A DNA stretch of 63,696 bases from a virus (taxonomy: Duplodnaviria > Caudoviricetes), in IMG/VR virus record IMGVR_UViG_3300049167_000064, positions 1 through 63,696 of that record. The stretch is one strand, 5' to 3'. The position numbers were made by a program, and so were the translations under genes. The notes beneath the pieces are model-generated. The model worked only from the letters and a program-made list of their open reading frames with translations. It was not told the DNA's origin and did not search any database. Shown here one piece after another: positions 8,356-17,731 of this stretch (position 1 is the stretch's first letter; each line of letters begins with the position of its first letter).

Positions 8356-10065
8356 ATGCCGCACGTAACCGTGCGCGCCCCCGGTCACGACCGCTCCCGC
8401 TCTCTCGGGTGGATGGCGGTTGCGTGGATGGAGTATTTCGTCGTGCACGGCCCTGGCGACGTTCAGGGCGAACCGGTGCGCCACGGTGACGAGTACACAG
8501 GCTTCGTCGTCGACTGCTACGCGGTTGACGATCACGCCGGAAAGATGCTCTACGACTCAGCGTTCTTCTCCCGCCCGAAGGGCTGCGACAAGAGCGGTCT
8601 GGGCGCCCGCATCGGCCTTTTCGAAGCCTTTGGACCGTGCCGCTTCGCCGGCTGGGCTGAGGGCGGGGAGGTCTACCGCGATCCGTGGGGGCTGGGCTTC
8701 GAGTACGTCTACGAACCTGGCGAACCCATGGGCCGCCCGGTGCGCGTTCCTTACCTCCGCATCATGGCGACGGAGGAAGGCCAGACGGGCAACGTCTACG
8801 ACACCATTTACTTCAACCTGACCGACGAGGCGTCGCTACTGAGCAGCATTCCGGGCGTTGACCCGGGGCTGACGAAGATCAACCTTCCCGACGGCGGAGA
8901 GATCACTCCGTCGACCGCCTCGTCCTCGTCGAAGGACGGCGGTAAAGAGACGTGGGTCTGTTTCGACGAGACCCACCTTTACAACACGCCAGAACTGCGG
9001 CGCATGTACGCCACGGTGACCCGTAACCTCCGCAAGAGGAAGAAGGGCGCCGGCACGTGGTATCTCGAGACAACCACGATGTTCGCCCCGGGCCAGGACT
9101 CCGTAGCTGAACGCACCTACGAAGAGGCCGAAGCGATCCGCGAGGGTAAGAAGAAGCGCGGTCGTGCACGTCTCATGTACGACCATCGCTACGGCGTCTG
9201 CACAGACCTGAAGAACGAGGACGCTCTCCGCGCAGCCCTGCGTGACGCCTACGGCGACGCGATGGAGTGGATCGACGAAGACACGCTCGTCGACGACTTC
9301 TACGACCTGCGTAACGACTCCGCGGACGGTAAGCGCTACTTCCTGAACTCCCGTACGTCGACCTCCGATTCATGGATGGAGCCGGACGCGTGGGAGGTCT
9401 GCCGACGGCCGGAAGAGATAGCAGACGGGGACCTCGTCACACTCGGCTTCGACGGCTCCATCCGGGACGACTCGACGGCACTGACGGTCTGCCGCGTCTC
9501 TGATGGACACCTTCAGCTCCTGGGTTGCTGGGAGAAGCCGGAAGGCCACGAGGGCGAAGGCTGGCAAGTCGACCGCGAAGCCGTCGATGCAGCTGTAGGC
9601 CGCGCGTTTGAGCGCTACGAGGTCTGCGGCTTCTACGCCGACCCGCCTCACTGGCAGGACTACGTAGACCGATGGACGTCTCTCCACGGTGAAGACCTTC
9701 AGGTTCGCGCTACGCAGGCGCGCCCGCTCGAGTGGTGGACCAATCGTCCGACGGCCATGGAGCACGCGCTAGACCGCTTCGTGGAGGCCGTCGACGACAA
9801 GGCGCTGAGCTACGCCGGCACCGACAAGGCTGACGACGAAGCCGCGTTCTCGAAGCTGGGAGCGACGCTCGCGCGCCATGTGCTGAACGCGAAGCGACGT
9901 CCGATGGGCCGCAATCACATGGGCATCGGCAAGGAACACCCGAAGTCGCCGCGCAAGATCGACGCCGCCATGAGCGCCGTACTCGCCTACGAGTGCCGCG
10001 CGGATGCCGTCGCGGCCGGAATCACTAAGCGGAAGAAGCGCTCTTCCAAGCTCGTAGCCTTCTGA
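8356..10065 (+). CDS. terL: Terminase large subunit
   Basis: SRPKGCDKS Walker A variant, FDETH, LGFDGS..DDST, KIDAA nuclease motifs. Confidence 0.95.
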   Translation: MPHVTVRAPGHDRSRSLGWMAVAWMEYFVVHGPGDVQGEPVRHGDEYTGFVVDCYAVDDHAGKMLYDSAFFSRPKGCDKSGLGARIGLFEAFGPCRFAGWAEGGEVYRDPWGLGFEYVYEPGEPMGRPVRVPYLRIMATEEGQTGNVYDTIYFNLTDEASLLSSIPGVDPGLTKINLPDGGEITPSTASSSSKDGGKETWVCFDETHLYNTPELRRMYATVTRNLRKRKKGAGTWYLETTTMFAPGQDSVAERTYEEAEAIREGKKKRGRARLMYDHRYGVCTDLKNEDALRAALRDAYGDAMEWIDEDTLVDDFYDLRNDSADGKRYFLNSRTSTSDSWMEPDAWEVCRRPEEIADGDLVTLGFDGSIRDDSTALTVCRVSDGHLQLLGCWEKPEGHEGEGWQVDREAVDAAVGRAFERYEVCGFYADPPHWQDYVDRWTSLHGEDLQVRATQARPLEWWTNRPTAMEHALDRFVEAVDDKALSYAGTDKADDEAAFSKLGATLARHVLNAKRRPMGRNHMGIGKEHPKSPRKIDAAMSAVLAYECRADAVAAGITKRKKRSSKLVAF

Positions 10066-10079
10066 GAGGGGGCCCGTGA

Positions 10080-11588
10080 ATGCCTATTGATGCAAGTCAG
10101 GTGGAGTCCCCGGGATGGTGGCTGCAGCGCCTAGGAAAGAAGATCCTGGACGAGCGCCCCGACGGTCACGACGAGGACGGAGAGCCAACTCCAGGGCTCG
10201 ACACCCTGAAGAAGTACACCGAAGGTAAACCGCCCCTTCCGCACGTCCCCGGTGTCGACCCGCGCGAAGCGCGTGAGTGGATGCGGGACGCCCGGACGAA
10301 CTGGACCTCCCTCGTCATCGACTCGCCCGTAGAGCGCATGGGCGTTGACGGCTTCCGCTTCGGCAAGGCAAAGGGCGGGAAATCCGCGAAGGCTGCCGAC
10401 GAGGACGCTAACCGGATCTGGCAAGAGAACCGCATGGACGCGGACTCCGACCTCGTCCACTACGGCGCCCTGTCGCAGCGACGCGCTTTCGTCCTCGTCG
10501 AAAAGGGAGACGACGGACGGCCCGCACTGACCCACGAGACACCCCGCCAGGTGGCCGTGGAGCACGTACAGGGCAGCCGCCGAAAGCTGGCAGCCGGCCT
10601 GAAACTCTGGCGCGACGACTGGACCGGGCAGACTCGAGCGACGCTCTGGACGCCCGACAACGTCTACGACTTCACCACGAAGTCAGAGGCTCCGACGTTC
10701 ACTGGACGTGCTGCGTCTCTCCGCAGCTGGGACGCCTTCGCGCTCCCGAACGCCGCTGACGGCATCCGCACGAACGAGCTGGGAGAGGTTCCGCTAGTCC
10801 CCTTCGTCAACCGTCGCAACCGCCGGCCGGAAGGCTTCGCGGAGCACGAGGACGTACTGAGCATTCAGAACCGGATCAACCTTTCGCTGATCAACCTGAT
10901 TGCAGCCATGAAGTACGGCGCCTTCAGGCAGCGTTGGGCCGCCGGCCTGGAGGTCGACGAGGACCCGATCACAGGCCAGAAGATCCAGCCCTTCCAGCTG
11001 GACATCCGGAAGCTTTGGACGACCGAAGACACCGAAACGAAGTTCGGGGAGTTCGCAGCTACCGACCTCGTCCCCTACGTGCGCGCCGTAGAAGCCGCCG
11101 TACAGGATCTGGCAGCCATCTCCCGTACCCCTCCGCACTATCTGATCGGCGCCGTCGTCAACGTCTCTGGCGACGCCCTGAAGGCTGCGGAGACCGGCCT
11201 CGTTGCGAAGGTGCGCGACCGTCAGCGGAACTTCGGTGAGTCGTGGGAAGAGGTCATGAGAATGGCCTTCCGCGTGCTGGGCGACGAGCAGCGGGCCACG
11301 GCCTACGACGCTGAGACGCTCTGGCGCGACCCTGAGTCCCGCAGCATCTCCGAACTGGCCGACGCAGCCGTGAAGAAGAAGGCGGCCGACGTCCCATGGC
11401 GTCAGCGCATGGAGGACATGGGTTACACCCCAGCGGAGATCGACCGCATGGAGATCGACCGGGCTGCGGACGCCCTGAACGCGACGCCGGCAGACGCTCC
11501 GCCTCCTCCCGGCCAACCGCCACAGCGCGACCCGCGAGCCGTAATCACGCGCAACGAGGACGACGCCGATGACGCTGACGCGGCTTGA
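10080..11588 (+). CDS. Portal protein (SPP1 gp6-like)
   Basis: Size, synteny, TPPHYL and SGDALKA motifs. Confidence 0.9.
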   Translation: MPIDASQVESPGWWLQRLGKKILDERPDGHDEDGEPTPGLDTLKKYTEGKPPLPHVPGVDPREAREWMRDARTNWTSLVIDSPVERMGVDGFRFGKAKGGKSAKAADEDANRIWQENRMDADSDLVHYGALSQRRAFVLVEKGDDGRPALTHETPRQVAVEHVQGSRRKLAAGLKLWRDDWTGQTRATLWTPDNVYDFTTKSEAPTFTGRAASLRSWDAFALPNAADGIRTNELGEVPLVPFVNRRNRRPEGFAEHEDVLSIQNRINLSLINLIAAMKYGAFRQRWAAGLEVDEDPITGQKIQPFQLDIRKLWTTEDTETKFGEFAATDLVPYVRAVEAAVQDLAAISRTPPHYLIGAVVNVSGDALKAAETGLVAKVRDRQRNFGESWEEVMRMAFRVLGDEQRATAYDAETLWRDPESRSISELADAAVKKKAADVPWRQRMEDMGYTPAEIDRMEIDRAADALNATPADAPPPPGQPPQRDPRAVITRNEDDADDADAA

Positions 11589-12378
11589 CCGGCAGTACGG
11601 GACGGCTGTACGCGGCGTATGGACTTCGGTCCTGGGTCGCGTCAGCCGGTCGTGGACTGATCTGGGCTCGTGGCGCGGGGAGGACGTCGACCGCTTCCAG
11701 CGCAAGGCGCTCCCGGTCCTACTGGCCGGCCAGCGACAGGTTGCCTCCCTGACGGCCACCTATCTCGAGACCCTCTACCGCGAGATAGCCGACGAGCGGT
11801 CCCGCGTAGACCTGGACTTCGACACGGTCACCGGCCGCGCACTGCGCGACGTCGACCCCGAAGAGGTCTACGAACGGCCCTTCAAAGAGGTCTGGAACGC
11901 ACTCTCCAACGGTGAGCCCCTGGACGTGGCGCTCGAGCGTGGCGCCCATCGTCTCGACACCATCGCGAAGACGGATTTGCAGCTGGCCAGGACGCGCACC
12001 GTGCGAGAGGTCACCGCAGACCAGCCGGGCGTGGAGTACACGGTCCGGGAGCTCCAGGGCGAATACGACTGTGCGCTCTGCATGATCGCGTCCACGCAGC
12101 GCTACCACAAGAAAGATCTTGCGCCCATCCATCCCGGGTGCGACTGCCTCGTCAAGACGGTCCGGTCGGACTACGACCCGGGCCAGGTCATTGATGAAGA
12201 GCGCCTAGACCAGATTCACGACCTCGTGGAAGAGGCGCTAGGTAAGGCGGACCGCGGAGGACGCGCCGTCGACTACCGAAAGATCATCATTGCCCGGGAC
12301 CACGGAGAGATCGGTCCCGTACTGGGCTACCGGGGACAGCGGTTCACCGGCCCCGATGACATTCACCTTCCGACCTGA
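11569..12378 (+). CDS. Minor head / capsid maturation protein (MuF-like)
   Basis: CALC...PIHPGCDC; between portal and scaffold. Confidence 0.75.
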   Translation: MTLTRLDRQYGTAVRGVWTSVLGRVSRSWTDLGSWRGEDVDRFQRKALPVLLAGQRQVASLTATYLETLYREIADERSRVDLDFDTVTGRALRDVDPEEVYERPFKEVWNALSNGEPLDVALERGAHRLDTIAKTDLQLARTRTVREVTADQPGVEYTVRELQGEYDCALCMIASTQRYHKKDLAPIHPGCDCLVKTVRSDYDPGQVIDEERLDQIHDLVEEALGKADRGGRAVDYRKIIIARDHGEIGPVLGYRGQRFTGPDDIHLPT

Positions 12379-12419
12379 CGCCCGCCATGGGCCGACGACT
12401 CCCGACAGGGGAACCCACC

Positions 12420-13067
12420 ATGCCTCGTCGCACTCTCGCACGCCGCAACCTCCTGACCCTGGCCTCTGAGCCCTGGACCCTCTACGAGGACGACCCGGGC
12501 GCCGGCGGTGGCGGAGGTGGCAACACTCCGGCCGTCAACGAGCACGGTTACCCGGACGCGACTCCCATTGCGGAGATGTCCACGGAACATCAGGCGGCGT
12601 ACTGGAAGCACCAGTCCCGCAAGCATGAGCAGCGGGCCACAAGCGCTCCTGACGCCGCTGAGCTTCAGCGCCTGAAGGAGCGTGACGCGGCCCTGAAGAA
12701 GCTCGAGGACGAGCAGCTGACGGACGCGCAGCGGATCCAGGCGGAGAAGGACGCGGAGGCCGCTCGAGCGACTGCAGCGGAAGCCACGGCTGCGGAAGCA
12801 GTGCGCAAGGCGCTCGTCCTGGAGATCGCGCTCGACAAGGGGCTCTCCGTCGCGCAGGCGGAGCGACTCCGCGGCACGACGAAGGAAGAGCTCGAAGCCG
12901 ACGCTGACGAGCTCGTGAAGCTCTTCGGCGGCTCCGGCCAGGGCAGCAACGACGGCGCCGGTAACGGCGTTCAGCCGCGATCCGGCGGCCCCCGCGGAAA
13001 CGACGTGGGCGGCAGTAAGACCATCACGACCGGCGCTGAGCGATACCGCCAGCGACACGGCAAGTAA
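12420..13067 (+). CDS. Capsid scaffolding protein
   Basis: YWKHQSRKHE, coiled coil, RLRGTTKEELEADADEL. Confidence 0.85.
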   Translation: MPRRTLARRNLLTLASEPWTLYEDDPGAGGGGGGNTPAVNEHGYPDATPIAEMSTEHQAAYWKHQSRKHEQRATSAPDAAELQRLKERDAALKKLEDEQLTDAQRIQAEKDAEAARATAAEATAAEAVRKALVLEIALDKGLSVAQAERLRGTTKEELEADADELVKLFGGSGQGSNDGAGNGVQPRSGGPRGNDVGGSKTITTGAERYRQRHGK

Positions 13068-13085
13068 CCCACATTCGGAGGACAC

Positions 13086-13484
13086 ATGGACCTCAGCCTC
13101 AAGTCTGAGAGCTTCGGTCAGGACCGTCGGGATTGGCTGGGGTCCGCCCACGGCACCGAGGCTCCTGTCGGCGCAACCCTGGACGTCAGCAAGTTCACCG
13201 CTGGCACCCACTACCCGCAGGGCTTCATCAAGAGCGGCATTCCGCTCGGCAAGGTGACGGCTTCGGGCAAGTACGGCCCCTACGACAACGCAGCCGCGGA
13301 CGGCCGCGAAACCTGCGTGGGCTTCCTCTTCACGGACGTCAACGTCGTGAGCAGCCGTGGAGTCGCGTCGACGACCGTCGTCGGCTCGATGCTCCTTCAC
13401 TGCTTCATCCGTGAGGCGAAGCTCCCCGTCGCCATTGACGCTGCCGGCAAGACCGATCTCGGCGCCCGCGTCGTCTTCGTCTGA
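13086..13484 (+). CDS. Head decoration protein
   Basis: GIPLGKVTASGKYGPYD..A.DG; precedes major capsid gene. Confidence 0.85.
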   Translation: MDLSLKSESFGQDRRDWLGSAHGTEAPVGATLDVSKFTAGTHYPQGFIKSGIPLGKVTASGKYGPYDNAAADGRETCVGFLFTDVNVVSSRGVASTTVVGSMLLHCFIREAKLPVAIDAAGKTDLGARVVFV

Positions 13485-13499
13485 GAGAGGTAACCATCC

Positions 13500-14528
13500 A
13501 TGCAGCTCATTGCTGAGTACGCGACCCCTGCGGAGCTCACCGGCTACGCGCGTGAGGCGCTCCGGGACCGCGAAGAGAACCAGTTCGGTCTGAACCGCTG
13601 GCTCCCGAACGACACCATCAACGACCTCAGCTACCGGTTCACCCGGGGCGGAGGCGGTCTCGTGGACGCGGCTGTCTTCCGCGCCTACGACGCTGAGTCG
13701 GACATCGGCACCCGTCCGGGCGGGGCGCGCGTGAGCGGCGAACTGCCGCCCATCTCGCGGAAGATCCCCGTCGGCGAGTACGAGCAGATCCGCATGCGGA
13801 ACGTCGACACGCAGAACGCGGAGATTCGCGACGCCATGGAGGCTGACTCTGTTCGCCTCGTGAACGCCATTGCGGCCCGTATCGAACTGGCCCGTGGTGA
13901 CGCGCTCTTCAACGGCGCCGTGACGATCAACGAGAACCGCGTTCAGGCGTCCGTCGACTTCGGCCGGTCCGTCTCGCACTCCGTGACGGCAGCGATTGCC
14001 TGGAACAACACGGAAACCGCGCTCGCGTACGACTACTTCCAGACGTGGCTTGACGTCTACAACGAGACGAACGGCAGCCTGCCGGAGTACACGCTCATGT
14101 CTCGCAAGGCGTACAACTTCCTGCGCCGGAACAAGCAAATCCGCGAGCTGGCCTACCGTGGCGCGTCGACGGCCCCCACCGTTCTGACGAAGGACGACCT
14201 GAACAACATCCTGGGCGACTTCGACATTCCGCCGGTTGTCATCTACGACGCGAAGGTCAACGTCGACGGCGTGGCCACCCGCGTGACGCCGGAGGATAAG
14301 ATCCTCTTCCTGCCTGCGCAGGGTGACGCGGCCGGTAAGACGCTGTGGGGCGTTCCCGTGGAGGCGAACGACCCGCGCTACGGCCTCCAGGGTGACGGCG
14401 CCGGCGTGGCTGTCGGTGCCTACAAGTCGGAGGACCCGCAGACCGTGTGGACCCGTGCGACGGCCATTGCGCTTCCTGTCGTGGCGGCCCCGGACCTGAC
14501 CTTCGTGGCCGACGTCCTCACCTCCTGA
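13500..14528 (+). CDS. Major capsid protein (lambda gpE-like)
   Basis: ELPPISRK, VDFG, DPQTVWT..TAIALPV; synteny. Confidence 0.9.
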   Translation: MQLIAEYATPAELTGYAREALRDREENQFGLNRWLPNDTINDLSYRFTRGGGGLVDAAVFRAYDAESDIGTRPGGARVSGELPPISRKIPVGEYEQIRMRNVDTQNAEIRDAMEADSVRLVNAIAARIELARGDALFNGAVTINENRVQASVDFGRSVSHSVTAAIAWNNTETALAYDYFQTWLDVYNETNGSLPEYTLMSRKAYNFLRRNKQIRELAYRGASTAPTVLTKDDLNNILGDFDIPPVVIYDAKVNVDGVATRVTPEDKILFLPAQGDAAGKTLWGVPVEANDPRYGLQGDGAGVAVGAYKSEDPQTVWTRATAIALPVVAAPDLTFVADVLTS

Positions 14529-14551
14529 CCAGAAACGCGAGGCACTCACGA

Positions 14552-14800
14552 ATGGCCAGACTGGCAGCGTTCGTCCACGTGACGGACGACAAGGGGATGA
14601 GCCACGTGTTCGGCCCCGCCGACGAGGTCCCAGCGTGGGCCGCGTCGAAGATCACTAACCCGAAGGCGTGGGCGGAGCCGCCCTCCGCCAGTCGACTGGC
14701 GGAGCCCGCTCCGTCAGCGGCGCCGGCGAAGAAGGCAGCCGCGAAGCGCGCACCTGCGCGACGGAAGGCGGCACCCGATGGCACTGTTCACAGCGACTGA
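14552..14800 (+). CDS. Small head-associated protein
   Basis: GPADEVPAWAASKITNPKAW, basic tail; follows capsid gene. Confidence 0.75.
   Translation: MARLAAFVHVTDDKGMSHVFGPADEVPAWAASKITNPKAWAEPPSASRLAEPAPSAAPAKKAAAKRAPARRKAAPDGTVHSD
14683..14704. repeat. Dispersed palindrome (intragenic copy)
   Basis: CTCCGCCAGTCGACTGGCGGAG, perfect 22-bp palindrome. Confidence 0.75.
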
Positions 14801-15161
14801 GCTTCGCGCCTTCCTGCAGCGGCCCGTAACCGACGATCAGTGCGCGCTAGCGCTCGAGCTGACGGAGGACGCCTTCCGCGGCGAAGTGGGGGGCCGGATG
14901 ACGGATCCCCCACAGCCGGGGATCAAGTCCGTCGCCCTGGCTGTTGCGGCTCGCGTCCTGACCAACCCATCCGGCGTCCGGTCTGAGCAAGCGGGCGGCA
15001 TGCTCGTGTCCTACGCGGACGCTCAGACCGGCGTCATGCTCTCCGACGACGAGCGCCGACGGCTGCGACGAGCGGTCGGCATGGCGGCCGGCGCGGGGAT
15101 GCTCGACATTGCTCCGGACCGCGACTACGTGGCACCCGTCGACGTCTGGCGGGCGCTATGA
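14778..15161 (+). CDS. Head-to-tail adaptor
   Basis: RVLTNPSGVRSEQAG; synteny. Confidence 0.8.
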   Translation: MALFTATELRAFLQRPVTDDQCALALELTEDAFRGEVGGRMTDPPQPGIKSVALAVAARVLTNPSGVRSEQAGGMLVSYADAQTGVMLSDDERRRLRRAVGMAAGAGMLDIAPDRDYVAPVDVWRAL

Positions 15162-15511
15162 GCCTGATCGCAACTCTGTTGAACGACTCCGTGGTCATCG
15201 AGCGGGATGGCCCGATGACGCGGGACTCGGCCGGGACGCTCGTTCCCGGGCCTCCTGTAATGATCACGGTCGAACGCGCAACGGTCATGAGCCCCTACGG
15301 AGTCACCGTCGGCTCCGCATCCGAGACGGATGCAGCGTCCATGACGGTGACCACCCGGCGGGTGCTCGTCGCACCTCTCGGCACTGACGTCCGGGCCGCG
15401 GATCGCATCCACCACAACGGACGCCGCTACGACGTCATTGGCACACCGCTTGAGTTTCCCCTGACCTCCCTGGCGCGCCTGGAGGCGGCAGTAGAGGAGG
15501 TGACTGGCTAG
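15158..15511 (+). CDS. Head-to-tail stopper
   Basis: DVRAADRI...YDVIGTP; synteny. Confidence 0.8.
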   Translation: MSLIATLLNDSVVIERDGPMTRDSAGTLVPGPPVMITVERATVMSPYGVTVGSASETDAASMTVTTRRVLVAPLGTDVRAADRIHHNGRRYDVIGTPLEFPLTSLARLEAAVEEVTG

Positions 15512-15873
15512 TGGCTCAGTACCGAAGCAAGTACCGCGGGCGCTATGTCGGCATCGGCTCGATGCTTCGTCGCCCATGGCTTCAGCGTCCGTGCCTGGAG
15601 GCTGCGGAGAAGCTGCAGAGCGAGGCTCAGAACGTCAGCCCTGTCGGTGACCCGGAAGAGGACCGTCACCCGGGCCTTTACCGGGCCAGCTTCGAAGTTC
15701 AGCCGATCACGAAGTCTGTCAAGTTCCGTGGACGGCCATCCCAGCGTCACGGCGCCCGCCTCGTCAACAAGGCGTCGCACGCCTGGCGAGTGGAACACGG
15801 CGACGGACGAGTCCCGCGGTACGCACCTCTTCAGACGGCTATCGACGCTGTGAAGGCGGTGAGCAGTGGCTGA
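15511..15873 (+). CDS. Neck protein (HK97 gp10-like)
   Basis: SPVG...PGLYRASF...AWRVEHG. Confidence 0.75.
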   Translation: MAQYRSKYRGRYVGIGSMLRRPWLQRPCLEAAEKLQSEAQNVSPVGDPEEDRHPGLYRASFEVQPITKSVKFRGRPSQRHGARLVNKASHAWRVEHGDGRVPRYAPLQTAIDAVKAVSSG

Positions 15874-16231
15874 CGTCGAAGCGGTGCTCGCCCCCTGGAT
15901 CGAAGCCACGTTTGGCGCCTTCAGCGCATCGAAGACGCCGGCAGACCTGGAGCAACGACTCCCCATGGTCCGCGTGGAACGCATCGGCGGACACGACGCA
16001 CGATTTCGCGGACACCCGCGGGTTGCAGTCGACGTCTTCGCAGCCACGGAGGACGAGGCGCGGACCCTGGCCAATGACATTCGGGACGCGCTCCTCTTCC
16101 TGCGCGGCCCTGTGAACGGCGCCGTGATCAGCGACATCACGTGTCCGTCCGGCCCTTCCCGGCAGCCGTGGGCTAACGCCGACGTGCACCGACGTGGCGC
16201 CACCTACTCCGTGAGCCTCCGGGCCGCGTAA
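15866..16231 (+). CDS. Tail terminator protein
   Basis: LPMVRVERIGG...VAVDVFA; synteny. Confidence 0.8.
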   Translation: MADVEAVLAPWIEATFGAFSASKTPADLEQRLPMVRVERIGGHDARFRGHPRVAVDVFAATEDEARTLANDIRDALLFLRGPVNGAVISDITCPSGPSRQPWANADVHRRGATYSVSLRAA

Positions 16232-16293
16232 CTCCCCGAATCCCTACCCGAATTGCCTCCGGCATTCGGGCCTTTCGCATGCCTGGAGGCATC

Positions 16294-16884
16294 ATGGCGG
16301 ACACCCGCAATGCCGATCTCACTTTCGGCGCAACTGACTATCTCGTGTACGCGGCGCCGGTGAATTCCGCTGCGCCTGCGTCCTTCGCAGACCCCGACTC
16401 TCCGTGGATCAACCTTGGCTGGATCACCACGGAGGGCGGCCTCTTCAAGATCGAAGAGGAGTCGCAGGACGTGGAGGCGGCTGGCTCGCTCGAGCCGATC
16501 CGAACCCTGATGACGAAGAGCGTGAAGTCCAGTCAGGTCACCTTCCTCGAGGGTCTGAACCCGATGGTTAGGGCGCTCTACGACAACGTGTCGCTGACGG
16601 CGCTGGAGCCGACGACCGACGTCGCAACCTACGACCTCCCCGACAAGCCGGCCGATCTCCGCTACGCCTTCATCTTCGACACGGTGGACAGCGCGAAGCG
16701 TATTCGGCTCTACATGCCGAACGGCAAGGTCACGGAGCGGGGCGACGAGCAGCCACAGACCAGCGACGTCATGGGCGTTCAGATGACCTTCAAGTTCTAC
16801 CGGGGCGCTGGCAACGCTGCGGCTGTCAAGCGCGCGATCAAGTACGGAGGCGTTGACGTCTCCAGCTTCTTCCCCGCGCCGTAA
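16294..16884 (+). CDS. Major tail (tube) protein
   Basis: LGWITTEGG, VTERGD; precedes chaperones. Confidence 0.85.
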   Translation: MADTRNADLTFGATDYLVYAAPVNSAAPASFADPDSPWINLGWITTEGGLFKIEEESQDVEAAGSLEPIRTLMTKSVKSSQVTFLEGLNPMVRALYDNVSLTALEPTTDVATYDLPDKPADLRYAFIFDTVDSAKRIRLYMPNGKVTERGDEQPQTSDVMGVQMTFKFYRGAGNAAAVKRAIKYGGVDVSSFFPAP

Positions 16885-16890
16885 CGAACC

Positions 16891-16927
16891 AGCGGAGCCC
16901 TGTACCGCGCGGGTCCGGGGCTCCGCT
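16891..16927 (+). terminator. Hairpin after major tail gene
   Basis: AGCGGAGCCC...GGGCTCCGCT. Confidence 0.6.
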
Positions 16928-16997
16928 TCAGCTCCACAACGCAGAACCACAACGACCCGCGCAGAACCACAACACCTGACATAGGAGACCCGCGCGC

Positions 16998-17318
16998 ATG
17001 ACTGAGAAGACTTCCGCTGAAGCGCAGGAGAACGAGGCGAACGGCGACTACGGCACGGCGAAGCTCTGCGGTACCGAGCTTCGCGTGAAGAACGTCAGCA
17101 AGTGGCGCCCGTCGTACCTCCGCGCCCTTCGACTGGGCGACTACGACACGTGGGCAGCTGGCGCCCTCCACGAGGACGACGTTCAGACTTTCATCGACCT
17201 GGACGCCACCTTCGACGAGATCAACGAGTTCACGGCTGAGGCCATGGAGTCCGCCGGGGAGGCCCCGGGAAAGTCTGGAGCACGTACCACATCCTCACGG
17301 AGCACGCGGAAGCGCTAG
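16998..17318 (+). CDS. Tail assembly chaperone (gpG-like)
   Basis: Synteny; slippery GGGAAAG at 17267-17273. Confidence 0.85.
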   Translation: MTEKTSAEAQENEANGDYGTAKLCGTELRVKNVSKWRPSYLRALRLGDYDTWAAGALHEDDVQTFIDLDATFDEINEFTAEAMESAGEAPGKSGARTTSSRSTRKR

Positions 17319-17731
17319 AAGCGGACCTCCCGCGGTACTACCCGGGGACGGACCTCTTGGACGTCTACCGGGGACGCCTGTCGCTGCGGAAGCTCCGCGT
17401 CTACATCGACCGCCTACCGGCGGAGTCGTGGACGAAGACGGAGCTCCGCAACGCGGCGCCTGACGACGTCATGGCGAAGGCAACCGGCGAACACCGTCCC
17501 GACAAGGCCCCATGGAGCGGCGTCGAAATGCTCCTAGCGGCCCTGAGAGACGAGCTCGTGTTGAACCGGATGGTTGCCATCGCAGCCACCGGAGCGAAGC
17601 CGCCGGCGTTCACGCCGACACCACGTCCCGGGGTCCCCCCGACGGGGACGAGCGGGCAACGTCGCGCCCTCAGCGACGAGCAGCGACGGGCCCTTGACCC
17701 GCGGATGAGACAGCAGCAAAAGGAGGCGTGA
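17273..17731 (+). CDS. Tail assembly chaperone -1 frameshift extension (gpT-like)
   Basis: -1 frame is open from the slippery site: VWSTYHILTEHAEALEADLPRYY...LSLRKL..IDRLP. Confidence 0.8.
   Translation, partial: VWSTYHILTEHAEALEADLPRYYPGTDLLDVYRGRLSLRKLRVYIDRLPAESWTKTELRNAAPDDVMAKATGEHRPDKAPWSGVEMLLAALRDELVLNRMVAIAATGAKPPAFTPTPRPGVPPTGTSGQRRALSDEQRRALDPRMRQQQKEA

Noticed and set aside
12363-14549. 728-aa minus-strand ORF and similar long antisense ORFs (e.g. 21043-22323, 49763-50845, 62652-63674)
   Set aside because: Shadow frames of well-supported plus-strand genes in high-GC DNA; no recognisable motifs
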